Source of the DNA: a virus
Length of the DNA stretch: 44,002 nt
Virus genome (UHGV): UHGV-0243075
Strand: one strand, 5' to 3'
Positions 26,095 through 34,147 of this stretch are shown here, one piece after another (within the stretch, counting starts at the first letter, position 1; every line of letters begins with the position of its first letter). A model generated the notes under the pieces. The model was not told where the DNA came from. It ran no database searches and saw only the letters and a program-made list of their open reading frames with translations. The position numbers and the translations under genes are program-made.

Positions 26095-26549
26095 AATAAA
26101 GAAGGGAGGGAAAACAAAGAAACCGCCAGAAGGCTATTTCTGACGGTTCAATGCTAAATTTATTTACCCTATGTACTTTGCAGGTTTTCACCGCGCTTTA
26201 TAGCCCAAACGCTTCTTTAAGTACCCTGTCACTTATGCAGTTTTAGTTCTGCGGAGTGTGCGCCCATTAGCTGACAGGTTATAAGGAGTACATAATACGG
26301 TGGGATATTATAGGATATCAACCATGAGTTTTTGCCTCTTCTCTGAGGAACTCCGCCGTATTTGCCACTACATTTGACCAGTTTAAAGTGCTTTGGTTCC
26401 ACTATTGCGACCTTATATTAAGGGAACAGGGCAAGACAGTTTTTTTATAAGCATAGAAACCTCCTTGCCCAAGTATGGGTCGAATATATTCTAACATGGT
26501 TCATAGGAAAAATCAAAGAAAATTTTCTATATTTTAAGGGGGTGATATA

Positions 26550-26735
26550 TTGCTTATTTATGACAAAATCAAGGCCATCTGTGAAGAAAAAAGTTTGAGT
26601 ATTAGACAGGTAGAGGTGGCAGCTGGACTTAAAAACGGTGCTATTAGCAAATGGAATGATTCGAGTCCGACAGTAAAGAGCCTTAAAGCGGTTGCAGATG
26701 TTTTAAAAGTCAAAGTGGACAAGCTTATTTCTTAG
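26550..26735 (+). CDS. Cro-like small XRE HTH protein.
   Basis: TTG start after a GGGGGTGA RBS. HTH SLSIRQVEVAAGLKNGAISKWNDSS. Confidence 0.6.
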   Translation: MLIYDKIKAICEEKSLSIRQVEVAAGLKNGAISKWNDSSPTVKSLKAVADVLKVKVDKLIS

Positions 26736-26751
26736 AGTAGGAGGTGAAGCG

Positions 26752-26958
26752 GTGGAGAATTTAAAAAAGGTAGAATTTATTGCAATGCAAATCATTGCTG
26801 TTGCAGCCAAAAACGGAATAACGATAGCAGAACTTGAATTAGCAGCAGATATGGCGAAAGAAATTTCAAAAAAGACTGTAGTTGAAAAATCAATTGTGGA
26901 TAAATTTGATTTTCTTTCAAGCCATATCTGTACTGGGAATAATGAATTATTTTTCTAA
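26752..26958 (+). CDS. Hypothetical early protein.
   Basis: GTG start 5 nt after a GGAGGTG RBS. Confidence 0.45.
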   Translation: MENLKKVEFIAMQIIAVAAKNGITIAELELAADMAKEISKKTVVEKSIVDKFDFLSSHICTGNNELFF

Positions 26959-27126
26959 CTCTTTTTCTTTCTTTTTTTGCTCAAAATCATAAGTTGCTTT
27001 TTGGGCAAGAACATTTATGGAGCAACATCCCTTCCAGTATAAAGCACATGTATCCATACACGGAACTGTTTTGCTTTTCAAATCTGATGGGTCTGCATTC
27101 ATAAACGGGCAAAACTTTGTAACCAT
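26947..27126 (-). CDS. Small Cys-rich protein (59 aa), convergent with the upstream + gene.
   Basis: ATG with AAAGGAAT upstream on the minus strand. Sequence MVTKFCPFMNADPSDLKSKTVPCMDTCALYWKGCC... Not in the ORF track because it is under 60 aa. Confidence 0.35.
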   Translation of the reverse strand: MVTKFCPFMNADPSDLKSKTVPCMDTCALYWKGCCSINVLAQKATYDFEQKKKEKELEK

Positions 27127-27222
27127 ATGTTTTTAATTCCTTTCTTATGTACTCGGCGCGGCAACGCCTGTACTTAAATTATAAAGGAGAGGGGTAGGAA
27201 TGACAAGATTAAAGGAGGAAAC

Positions 27223-27867
27223 ATGGAAGAAATAATAAAATCGTATAAAGGTTTTAATAAGGATATGACCTGCAAAAATAAACAATATGAAGTGGGAAAG
27301 GATTACGAGGAAGATAAAGCCGTTGCTTGTGAGTGCGGAATGCATGCATGCGAATACCCACTTGATTGTTTTAAATATTATCCACCATCAAAATCTGTGT
27401 ATTATGAGGTAGAGCAGAGTGGAGACATAAGCAGACACGATGATGATAGTAAAATTGCATCAACAAAGATGCACATTGGTGCGCAGTTGAGTATTGCTGG
27501 AATTGTAAATGCGGCCATCAAATATACCAAGGAAAAGATTGAAACAACTTGTATAGAATCTAAGGCAGCAACAGCCGGGGACTACGGAGCAGCAACAGCC
27601 TGGGACTGCGGAGCAACAACAGCCGGGTACCACGGAGTAGCAACAAGTCGGGGAAAATCATCAACAGGCGAAAATGGATTATCTGTTGCAAGAGGAAATA
27701 GGGTAAAAACAAAAGGAGGGCTAGGTTCAATTTTGGTTATTGCAGAAGAAGAACAAAATAGCCATAAAATTTCCAGCTGGAAAGCGGTAGTTGTTGATGG
27801 AGTAAACATCAAAGCAGATACATGGTACACGTTCAAAGATGGAGAACTCGTAGAAACAGAAGATTAG
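27223..27867 (+). CDS. Hypothetical early protein with four tandem 8-aa repeats (AATAGDYG / AATAWDCG / ATTAGYHG / VATSRGKS) and an N-terminal Cys-rich segment.
   Basis: RBS AAAGGAGG upstream. A 4 x 24-nt tandem DNA repeat sits at 27565-27660. Confidence 0.6.
   Translation: MEEIIKSYKGFNKDMTCKNKQYEVGKDYEEDKAVACECGMHACEYPLDCFKYYPPSKSVYYEVEQSGDISRHDDDSKIASTKMHIGAQLSIAGIVNAAIKYTKEKIETTCIESKAATAGDYGAATAWDCGATTAGYHGVATSRGKSSTGENGLSVARGNRVKTKGGLGSILVIAEEEQNSHKISSWKAVVVDGVNIKADTWYTFKDGELVETED
27565..27660 (+). repeat. 4 x 24-nt in-frame tandem repeat inside CDS 27223..27867.
   Basis: gcagcaacagccggggactacgga / gcagcaacagcctgggactgcgga / gcaacaacagccgggtaccacgga / gtagcaacaagtcggggaaaatca. Confidence 0.8.
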
Positions 27868-27956
27868 ATTTATAAAATGCCCCGGCGGTGCAGGAACACC
27901 AACCGGAGCCGTAACCACATTACCCAAACTAATGCGGATACAGGAATATTTTACCA

Positions 27957-27989
27957 TTTTCTCCTGTATTACGCAAGCACAGGAGGAAA
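27957..27989 (+). promoter_or_regulatory. SD-sequestering hairpin upstream of gene 27996. The anti-SD tttTCTCCTGT pairs with ACAGGAGGaaa.
   Basis: 11-bp stem (one G-U pair), 11-nt loop. The 3' arm is the AGGAGG RBS of the downstream ORF. Confidence 0.5.
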
Positions 27990-27995
27990 ATATTT

Positions 27996-28262
27996 ATGAA
28001 CATTGAAAAACAGAAGGACAAGCTAACATGGGAAGGGCTGGAACAGTATTTTGCTGTAGAGGTAATAGAGCAAAGCAAGAGGAATGCAAAGCATTGGTTT
28101 ATAGCGTTCCTGGTAACGCTGGCAGCGCTGATAGGAACCAATGCCGCATGGCTTTATACTGCCGGCACATATGATTATGTTTCCCAGGATGGCACCGGAC
28201 TGAACAACATCAACACAGGAACACAAGGAGATTTAGAGAATGGGACAGAGAGCCAGGATTAA
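27996..28262 (+). CDS. Single-TM membrane protein.
   Basis: TM segment HWFIAFLVTLAALIGTNAAWLY. The RBS lies inside the hairpin. Confidence 0.55.
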   Translation: MNIEKQKDKLTWEGLEQYFAVEVIEQSKRNAKHWFIAFLVTLAALIGTNAAWLYTAGTYDYVSQDGTGLNNINTGTQGDLENGTESQD

Positions 28263-28311
28263 GAAGAACGGAAAGAGCCGGGGAATCAAGAGAAAGAGAA
28301 GGAGATAAACG

Positions 28312-28416
28312 ATGTACATTAATCCGTTTGTAGCAGGAGTTATTTGCACTATTTTAGGAGAGATGTTAGCTGTTATAGCAGCTGCGGTTTATCAGTATTT
28401 TAAAAAGAGGAGGTAA
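28312..28416 (+). CDS. Very small hydrophobic peptide (34 aa), speculative.
   Basis: ATG after a GAAGGAG RBS. Sequence MYINPFVAGVICTILGEMLAVIAAAVYQYFKKRR. Confidence 0.3.
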   Translation: MYINPFVAGVICTILGEMLAVIAAAVYQYFKKRR

Positions 28417-28420
28417 GGTC

Positions 28421-28633
28421 GTGAAGCTTAGTAGAGATAAAATTGATATTGCTTTAGCTAGAAATTCCTTAACCATAACAAATCTTTCTAAACGTTATGG
28501 AGTGAGCAGGTCGCGTATGAATATTATTTTAAATATGCGGGAAGTTACCCCGGTGTGTGCCGGACGCATGGCAAATGCTCTTGGCGTGGATGTAAAAGAG
28601 ATAATAGAAGATAATTTATCCTGTAATGTATAG
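28421..28633 (+). CDS. Small HTH DNA-binding protein.
   Basis: GTG start in the context AGGAGGTAAGGTCGTGAA. HTH-like LTITNLSKRYGVSRSRMNIIL. Confidence 0.5.
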   Translation: MKLSRDKIDIALARNSLTITNLSKRYGVSRSRMNIILNMREVTPVCAGRMANALGVDVKEIIEDNLSCNV

Positions 28634-28651
28634 ATGAAAGGAAGTGAGGTC

Positions 28652-28879
28652 GTGAAAACTAAGAAGCCGTCAGAGTGGCAAAAGGACAGCATTAGGTTAC
28701 TGATAGAAGAAGCCAAAATAAGAAATAACTTTGATGATGATGAATTAGCGCAGTACTTAGGGTTTTGTACAAGCTCATTTAGAGAGCGAAAGGCTAACCC
28801 GTGTAAACTGACGATAGAAAAGCTACAGATACTTTTGGAGTTGACGAGGAAGGAGATGAAATTCGTTGAAACAGCTTGA
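28652..28879 (+). CDS. Small protein, paralogous arrangement to 28421 (same GTG start context).
   Basis: GTG within GGAAGTGAGGTCGTGAA, which repeats the upstream gene's start context. An ATG at 28634 is the alternative start. Confidence 0.45.
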   Translation: MKTKKPSEWQKDSIRLLIEEAKIRNNFDDDELAQYLGFCTSSFRERKANPCKLTIEKLQILLELTRKEMKFVETA

Positions 28880-28984
28880 ATACATACCTGTTGGAAAAAC
28901 ACATTTAAGCCCACGGCAGAAAGACCGTATGATTATTCGTGGCTTAACCGCTGTGGTGATGGTCTTAAGCGGATTGTTGGTGAT

Positions 28985-29191
28985 ATGTCTGGCGGTGATA
29001 TTATGAGCCGCCGCCGGAATGGCACCAACCGGGCCGGAGCAATGGTGAATGCCAGCCGGTACACTGGATATGGTAAGCCAATAAAAAAGGTCGTCAGCTT
29101 GACAGAGCTAAACGACCGAATACAAAAAACAATTCAGTCTGATTATATCAGAAATTATGGAGGTTTGCAAGATGGAAGAAAGAACAGTTGA
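28985..29191 (+). CDS. Hypothetical basic protein. An alternative start at 29003 is possible.
   Basis: Arg-rich N-terminus MSRRRNGTNRAG. Confidence 0.4.
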   Translation: MSGGDIMSRRRNGTNRAGAMVNASRYTGYGKPIKKVVSLTELNDRIQKTIQSDYIRNYGGLQDGRKNS

Positions 29192-29351
29192 AATAAATAT
29201 TAGCGAATATAAAAATCTTATAGAGCTTAAAGGGCGTGTAAAGTCAGCGTTGATTTTTATAGATGCGGACCAGTATGCATCTATAGCTGTGATGAGGTCA
29301 ATTTTAGAAGGAAGAACATACGAGAATATAGAGGGTAAAAAGGATGAATAA
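29172..29351 (+). CDS. Hypothetical small protein.
   Basis: GGAGG RBS 8 nt upstream of the ATG. Confidence 0.45.
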   Translation: MEERTVEINISEYKNLIELKGRVKSALIFIDADQYASIAVMRSILEGRTYENIEGKKDE

Positions 29352-29535
29352 TTATCGTTGTGATTTTTGCGGCTGTTATCTTGACCCAGGAGAAGGGCAT
29401 ATATGTGATGAGTGCCAGAAACGGGAAACAGAGCGCAGGGATTGTAGGAGGTCTTTGCAGGATTCCATCCACTCAATGAATGGGTTTCAATATGAATTAA
29501 ATTTAAAGGGAGGATATTTGTATGGAGAACATTAA
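29344..29535 (+). CDS. Zinc-ribbon mini-protein (CDFCGC...CDEC).
   Basis: Two CxxC pairs. Confidence 0.45.
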   Translation: MNNYRCDFCGCYLDPGEGHICDECQKRETERRDCRRSLQDSIHSMNGFQYELNLKGGYLYGEH

Positions 29536-30121
29536 GAATAGAACCGAGGAATTATTATTATCAACTGGCAGACAGGGCATTGCTGGACTGCTGGTGGAAA
29601 TGGATGAGATGGGATTTTATACAGCGCCATGCAGCACACAGTACCATCTGGCCTACTCTGGAGGACTGGCTGAACACAGCCTGAATGTATATGAACTGAT
29701 GGACAAGCTTTCCAGCATCCTGCATCCAGAAGTAGATAAGAGCAGTGTCATCATATGTGCATTGCTTCATGACCTTGGTAAGGCTGGACAGTTTGGGAAA
29801 CCGAACTATATTATCAACATGCTCAAGGGGCGCGGTAAGAATGCAGAACCATATCAGTCCCCCACGAAACCTTATATCGGAAATCCAGAACTTCTGTACA
29901 TTGACCATGAAGTACGTTCCATACAGATTGCAGGCCGTCACATTAATCTGACAGAGGATGAGAACTGGGCAATACTGATGCACAATGGTATGTACGGCAA
30001 CTTTAAATATCAGATACAGGGTAAGGAGACACCATTGTACCTGCTTTTACATATGGCTGACATGTGGGCCAGCCGGGTGACTGAAAAGGAGTGTGGAATG
30101 GATGGGGAATGCGAAGTTTGA
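29522..30121 (+). CDS. HD-domain phosphohydrolase.
   Basis: H...HD...H...D pattern: YHLAYSGGLAEHS, ALLHDLGK, IDHEV, LLLHMADMW. Confidence 0.7.
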   Translation: MENIKNRTEELLLSTGRQGIAGLLVEMDEMGFYTAPCSTQYHLAYSGGLAEHSLNVYELMDKLSSILHPEVDKSSVIICALLHDLGKAGQFGKPNYIINMLKGRGKNAEPYQSPTKPYIGNPELLYIDHEVRSIQIAGRHINLTEDENWAILMHNGMYGNFKYQIQGKETPLYLLLHMADMWASRVTEKECGMDGECEV

Positions 30122-30896
30122 ATTTCGGCTGCTTAAAAAGGATGAGATAGACTGCCGCATTGCAACGGTATCCCAAAATGGCTTATCTCTGTTGTTGTAC
30201 AAGGATGCCAGAGTGGACCAGAATATACTTGACGAGACTGTAGGCCCAATGGGATGGCAGCGGAGACATTGCAGGGATAACGCAAACTGCATCGTATCAA
30301 TATGGGATGATGGTAAGAAGCAATGGATTGATAAAGAAGATACCGGTGCGGAAAGTAATACAGAAAAGGAGAAAGGGCTTGCCTCTGACAGCTTCAAGCG
30401 AGCTTGTTTTAACTGGGGTATTGGACGTGAGCTATATACTGCCCCTTTTATATGGATTGGAGAAGATGCCTGTAAAATCTATGAGAACGGTAAAGACCGC
30501 AACGGCAAGGTAAAATATAGTTGCTACGACCGATTTTATGTATCACATATCGGATATGATGATAACCGCAACATTAATGCGCTTGAAATCAAGAGTTGCA
30601 AGAGCAAAAAGGTGGTGTATAAACTGGGCGAGTCTGAGAATCAGCCAGTGGAACCACAAAAGGATTGCGTGACAGAAGTACACATTAATACGATTTTTGT
30701 GGAACTCAAGCGTACCGGAATAGGTTTGAATCAGATTCTTGCTGCATATAACCTGTCAGATATCCATGACATGACAATGGACCAGTTTAGGGATGCTATG
30801 GAAATCTTTAACAAGAAACCGGACAAGGAAAGGGCGACCACGCCACCGGATGACATACAGGATGGCGACCTACCGTGGAATGACCCCAAGAGGTAA
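30102..30896 (+). CDS. Rad52/Sak-family single-strand annealing protein.
   Basis: KGLASDSFKRACFNWGIGRELY matches the Rad52-family signature (K..ASDA.KRA...FGIG..LY). AAAGGAG RBS. Confidence 0.7.
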   Translation: MGNAKFEFRLLKKDEIDCRIATVSQNGLSLLLYKDARVDQNILDETVGPMGWQRRHCRDNANCIVSIWDDGKKQWIDKEDTGAESNTEKEKGLASDSFKRACFNWGIGRELYTAPFIWIGEDACKIYENGKDRNGKVKYSCYDRFYVSHIGYDDNRNINALEIKSCKSKKVVYKLGESENQPVEPQKDCVTEVHINTIFVELKRTGIGLNQILAAYNLSDIHDMTMDQFRDAMEIFNKKPDKERATTPPDDIQDGDLPWNDPKR

Positions 30897-30900
30897 TTAT

Positions 30901-31527
30901 ATGCATGAGGCAGCAGACATAATAGCATACAAGCTTGTTCCAGAGGGAACGTATCTAAAGATATTTATTCCTGGAAAAAATCTTATGGAACCAATCGTTG
31001 ATAAGCACATGAATAGATGCAGCGTATGGCTTGACGATGGTAGGCATATCAGTTCCGACCAGCGCCGAAAGATTTACGCCACAGTCAATGACATATCTGC
31101 CTATTCTGGGAACGTGCCGGAGGTTGAGAAAGAATGGCTTAAGTATTTACATATCAACCGGACCGGATGCGGATATTTTTCACTGTCTGATTGCTCTATG
31201 GATACGGCCAGGGAATTTATCAATACCATGCTGGATTATGCGCTGGAACAGGGGATACCGCTGCTGGATTTTGCCCTTAACCGTACCGATGATATAGGAC
31301 ATTACCTATATGCATGTTTAAAGCTACGGAAGTGTGCCATATGTGGCCGGGATGGGGAGATACACCATGTAGATACTATCGGAATGGGCAATGACCGAAT
31401 GAAAGTTGATGATTCTGAGTACCGGAAAATATGCTTATGCCGGCAGCACCATACAGAAGCGCATAGCATTGGTATGACAGCGTTTGAGGACAGATATAAG
31501 GTGTACGGAATCAAGTTTGATAACTGA
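30901..31527 (+). CDS. HNH-motif nuclease-domain protein with an N-terminal domain of unknown function.
   Basis: C-terminal CAICGRDGEIHHVD...NDRMKVDDSEYRKICLCRQHHTEAH (CxxC, HH, N, CxC, HH). RBS AGAGGTAA. Confidence 0.5.
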   Translation: MHEAADIIAYKLVPEGTYLKIFIPGKNLMEPIVDKHMNRCSVWLDDGRHISSDQRRKIYATVNDISAYSGNVPEVEKEWLKYLHINRTGCGYFSLSDCSMDTAREFINTMLDYALEQGIPLLDFALNRTDDIGHYLYACLKLRKCAICGRDGEIHHVDTIGMGNDRMKVDDSEYRKICLCRQHHTEAHSIGMTAFEDRYKVYGIKFDN

Positions 31528-31564
31528 TAATCAGTAATATTAAGATTTTTAAAAGGAGTAAACT

Positions 31565-31729
31565 ATGGATTTTTATAATTGTCCTTATGTCGATGTTATT
31601 CCATTTCGCAATGGAAACGAATATGACGAAGCTTATAGATGTGCAGTGACAAGGAAAAGTTGTCAGGGATGTGCTTGTAAATTATCAACAGAAGAGTGCG
31701 AACGGTTAGTTCGTGAGCAGAAGAATTAA
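31565..31729 (+). CDS. Cys-rich mini-protein, 54 aa.
   Basis: RBS AAAAGGAG. Contains seven Cys (CPY, RCAV, SCQGCAC, EEC). Confidence 0.45.
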   Translation: MDFYNCPYVDVIPFRNGNEYDEAYRCAVTRKSCQGCACKLSTEECERLVREQKN

Positions 31730-31746
31730 AATTTGGAGGAAAAGCA

Positions 31747-31950
31747 ATGAATAAGGTTATAAATGATATTGGAGATTTGCAGACGAATTATCAGGTTTTA
31801 ATTGATGAAAAACGGTTATCTAAAAAGGCAATGTGTGACTTGGTGATACCATTTAGGGATAAGTACGGACTTACCGATTTGCAGGCATTACAGATTGCAA
31901 GGAACGAACTGACAATCGCAGAGATTAACTTACTTATTCTACAAAACTGA
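31747..31950 (+). CDS. Hypothetical protein.
   Basis: GGAGG RBS upstream. Confidence 0.5.
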   Translation: MNKVINDIGDLQTNYQVLIDEKRLSKKAMCDLVIPFRDKYGLTDLQALQIARNELTIAEINLLILQN

Positions 31951-32044
31951 CATTTTGGTATCTATTCCCCTTGCGGGATGATACATACAACGGTAATGAT
32001 TACTGGTCAGATTGCTAATATGTCACGACATACTTTCTGACCCT

Positions 32045-32088
32045 GGGACGGGACCTATCAAACCTCCTTTACCCGTCCCGAAAGGAGG
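32045..32088 (+). promoter_or_regulatory. Alternative-hairpin translational control element. Stem GGGACGGG/CCCGTCCC (32045-52 with 32072-79) competes with the anti-SD/SD stem CCTCCTTT/AAAGGAGG (32063-70 with 32081-88).
   Basis: Both 8-bp helices are perfect and mutually exclusive. The second sequesters the RBS of the ORF starting at 32095 (TTG). Confidence 0.5.
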
Positions 32089-32094
32089 GATTAT

Positions 32095-32478
32095 TTGAAG
32101 AATAAGCGAACTGTTAGTGAAGAAGTTAAAGCAAGAGTATATAATGCGCTCCTTGTAGGAAAAGAGAATGCATTGAACCGGGATGAATTAGTATCCAAGA
32201 CAGGAGAAAAGGACAGAGATGTAAGAACCGCGGTAGAGATGTTAAGGCATAATAAAGTGATTCTTGCCTTGCCAACAGGCAAAGGTTACTATGTACCCCG
32301 TGACGATGCACAGGGACGGCAAGAAGCCTATAAATGGCTGGAAAGCCAGAATAGCCGGATAGAGAGCATAAAGGCGGCAGAACGTGGCGCACAGCTATTT
32401 TTAGGACGAAATAAGAAGAACAAAAGAAAGAATACCGAAATCCCTGGACAACTGAGTATGTTTGGTACTGGATTATGA
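32095..32478 (+). CDS. Winged-helix-like DNA-binding protein (replication-module accessory).
   Basis: TTG start 6 nt after AAAGGAGG. Lys/Arg-rich C-terminus. Confidence 0.5.
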   Translation: MKNKRTVSEEVKARVYNALLVGKENALNRDELVSKTGEKDRDVRTAVEMLRHNKVILALPTGKGYYVPRDDAQGRQEAYKWLESQNSRIESIKAAERGAQLFLGRNKKNKRKNTEIPGQLSMFGTGL

Positions 32479-33134
32479 GAGATAGTGTTGTATTTTATCG
32501 CAGCTTCTGGGAAGCCATTAAGCAGCTGCCGGAAAAAGAAAGATTGGAATCTCTTACAGCAATCTTAGAATATGGACTTGATGAAATAGAACCTAAATCA
32601 GCAGGTGTTGCATCAGCAATGTTTTTAATGGCAAAACCACAAATTGATGCAAATAATCGTAGATACCAAAACGGAACCAAGGGTGGTAGGCCAGCAACCA
32701 AAACAGAACCAAACCATAACCTAGAATCCAATTATAATAAACCAAGTGATAACCAAACCATAACCAAAGCAAAACCTAAGGAAAAGGATAATGTAAAGGA
32801 AAAGGATAATGTAAATGATAATAATAAAAAAACATTTACTCCACCTTCGGTGTCGGATGTGTCCGATTATTGCAATTTGAATGGATATGGCATTGACCCA
32901 GAGAGTTTTGTTGATTTTTATGCATCAAAGGGATGGATGGTTGGTAAAAACAAAATGAAGGACTGGAAAGCCTCGGTAAGGACCTGGGTGAGAAGCCAGC
33001 GGCAGGAATTGACCGCCAAAGGCAGTAAAAACCAGTTTCACAATTTTGACCAACGAGACACCGATTATGATGCATTGATGCTAAAACAGGTACAGGACTG
33101 GGTAGGGGAGAAACAGGATGAAGGAAATACATAA
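32475..33134 (+). CDS. Phage replisome organiser / DnaD-like replication initiation protein.
   Basis: N-terminal VVFYRSFWEAIKQLPEKERLE and C-terminal F.DFY.SKGW..GKNKMKDWKASVRTW, typical of Firmicutes phage replication organiser proteins. Confidence 0.6.
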   Translation: MRDSVVFYRSFWEAIKQLPEKERLESLTAILEYGLDEIEPKSAGVASAMFLMAKPQIDANNRRYQNGTKGGRPATKTEPNHNLESNYNKPSDNQTITKAKPKEKDNVKEKDNVNDNNKKTFTPPSVSDVSDYCNLNGYGIDPESFVDFYASKGWMVGKNKMKDWKASVRTWVRSQRQELTAKGSKNQFHNFDQRDTDYDALMLKQVQDWVGEKQDEGNT

Positions 33135-33378
33135 AAAAATACTGATGTTTGCAAAGCAATATATGCTGGAGCATGATTATCCACCCACAACCAGGGAAAT
33201 AGGAGAGGGCGTTGGATATACGTCAAGCTCTACAATTTGGGGGTATTTGCGTGATATGAGGGACATTGGCCTGATTAATTACACAGAAGAATGCCCTAGA
33301 ACTATAACAATTCCAGGGATGCATTATACGGATACGCAAGATAACATCACAGAAAGGGGAAAGCAAAATGCCGGATAA
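33118..33378 (+). CDS. LexA N-terminal DNA-binding-domain-only protein (no S24 peptidase domain).
   Basis: KKILMFAKQYMLEHDYPPTTREIGEGVGYTSSSTIWGYLRDMRDIGLI parallels the LexA winged HTH (ENGYPPSxREIGEAVGLxSTSTVHxHL). 86 aa. Confidence 0.6.
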   Translation: MKEIHKKILMFAKQYMLEHDYPPTTREIGEGVGYTSSSTIWGYLRDMRDIGLINYTEECPRTITIPGMHYTDTQDNITERGKQNAG

Positions 33379-33583
33379 TAAAATAAAGAGCCAATATTTG
33401 GAAAACTCAGAGCGTCAGAGAATGGCTGCCATCAAGGATATGGAGCGTAATCCATCCCCTATGACAAAAGCATTTTTAAGACCCGCTTATGATAGAACTG
33501 AGGCGTGTCCAATTTGCTGTAGACGGCCTAGTATGGCAAACACACATTTATGGAGGGGAGAAGATGAAGCACTTAAGCAATAG
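33368..33583 (+). CDS. Hypothetical small protein with CPICC.
   Basis: Overlapping start in the operon. Confidence 0.4.
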   Translation: MPDNKIKSQYLENSERQRMAAIKDMERNPSPMTKAFLRPAYDRTEACPICCRRPSMANTHLWRGEDEALKQ

Positions 33584-33773
33584 ATATGCAAAGGTAATGG
33601 AATACAAAGGCATGGATATCTGCACCTTGAGGGTAGCAACCCCATCCGATGGCGATGAACTGGGGTACCGGATTGATGATATCTTGTATGACGGTATGGT
33701 GTTTGATGGTATTGGGGAGGCTATGGAGGCGATTGAATCTTTAGGCTCGCATTCAGAGGAGGCAGAGGAATGA
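33564..33773 (+). CDS. Hypothetical small acidic protein.
   Basis: GGAGGGGAG RBS before the ATG. Confidence 0.45.
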   Translation: MKHLSNRYAKVMEYKGMDICTLRVATPSDGDELGYRIDDILYDGMVFDGIGEAMEAIESLGSHSEEAEE

Positions 33774-34147
33774 TAAAGATAGCAAAACTGGCTACAGCTC
33801 ACATGTTTGACGAAAATAATCCAGAAGATTCCGACTATGAGTTATGGAAAAGTATAGCTGAATATATGGACGGAGAGAATGCCTATGTTGTCGAAAGTAT
33901 AGCCATGGAAGGAGAATATGTTTTCCTTGGCCTGTGTGATAGAAGCAAGGATAAAGAACTTGCCTACATGATGGAGCAAGATAGTATGACAGGGGTATTT
34001 ATTGACGACCGGGAAGAATTTGAAGCGGCCTGGGAATCAAATGAATATGAACACGAAGGATGTTTTTGTATAGAGCCCAAATGGATAGAAGCATTCACGC
34101 ATTTAGCGGAGGAAGGAGTAGGTCATGGTAAAACCGATATTATTTAA
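33770..34147 (+). CDS. Highly acidic protein (possible DNA-mimic / anti-restriction type). Speculative function.
   Basis: ATGA overlap with the upstream gene. Asp/Glu-rich throughout. Confidence 0.5.
   Translation: MIKIAKLATAHMFDENNPEDSDYELWKSIAEYMDGENAYVVESIAMEGEYVFLGLCDRSKDKELAYMMEQDSMTGVFIDDREEFEAAWESNEYEHEGCFCIEPKWIEAFTHLAEEGVGHGKTDII

Noticed and set aside
26460-26500. Possible tRNA (GGTCGAAT T-loop-like sequence)
   Set aside because: The flanking bases do not form a T-stem or an acceptor stem. No cloverleaf can be built.
27565-27660. Short tandem repeats as a CRISPR array
   Set aside because: The repeats are contiguous with no spacers. They lie in frame inside a CDS and encode peptide repeats.
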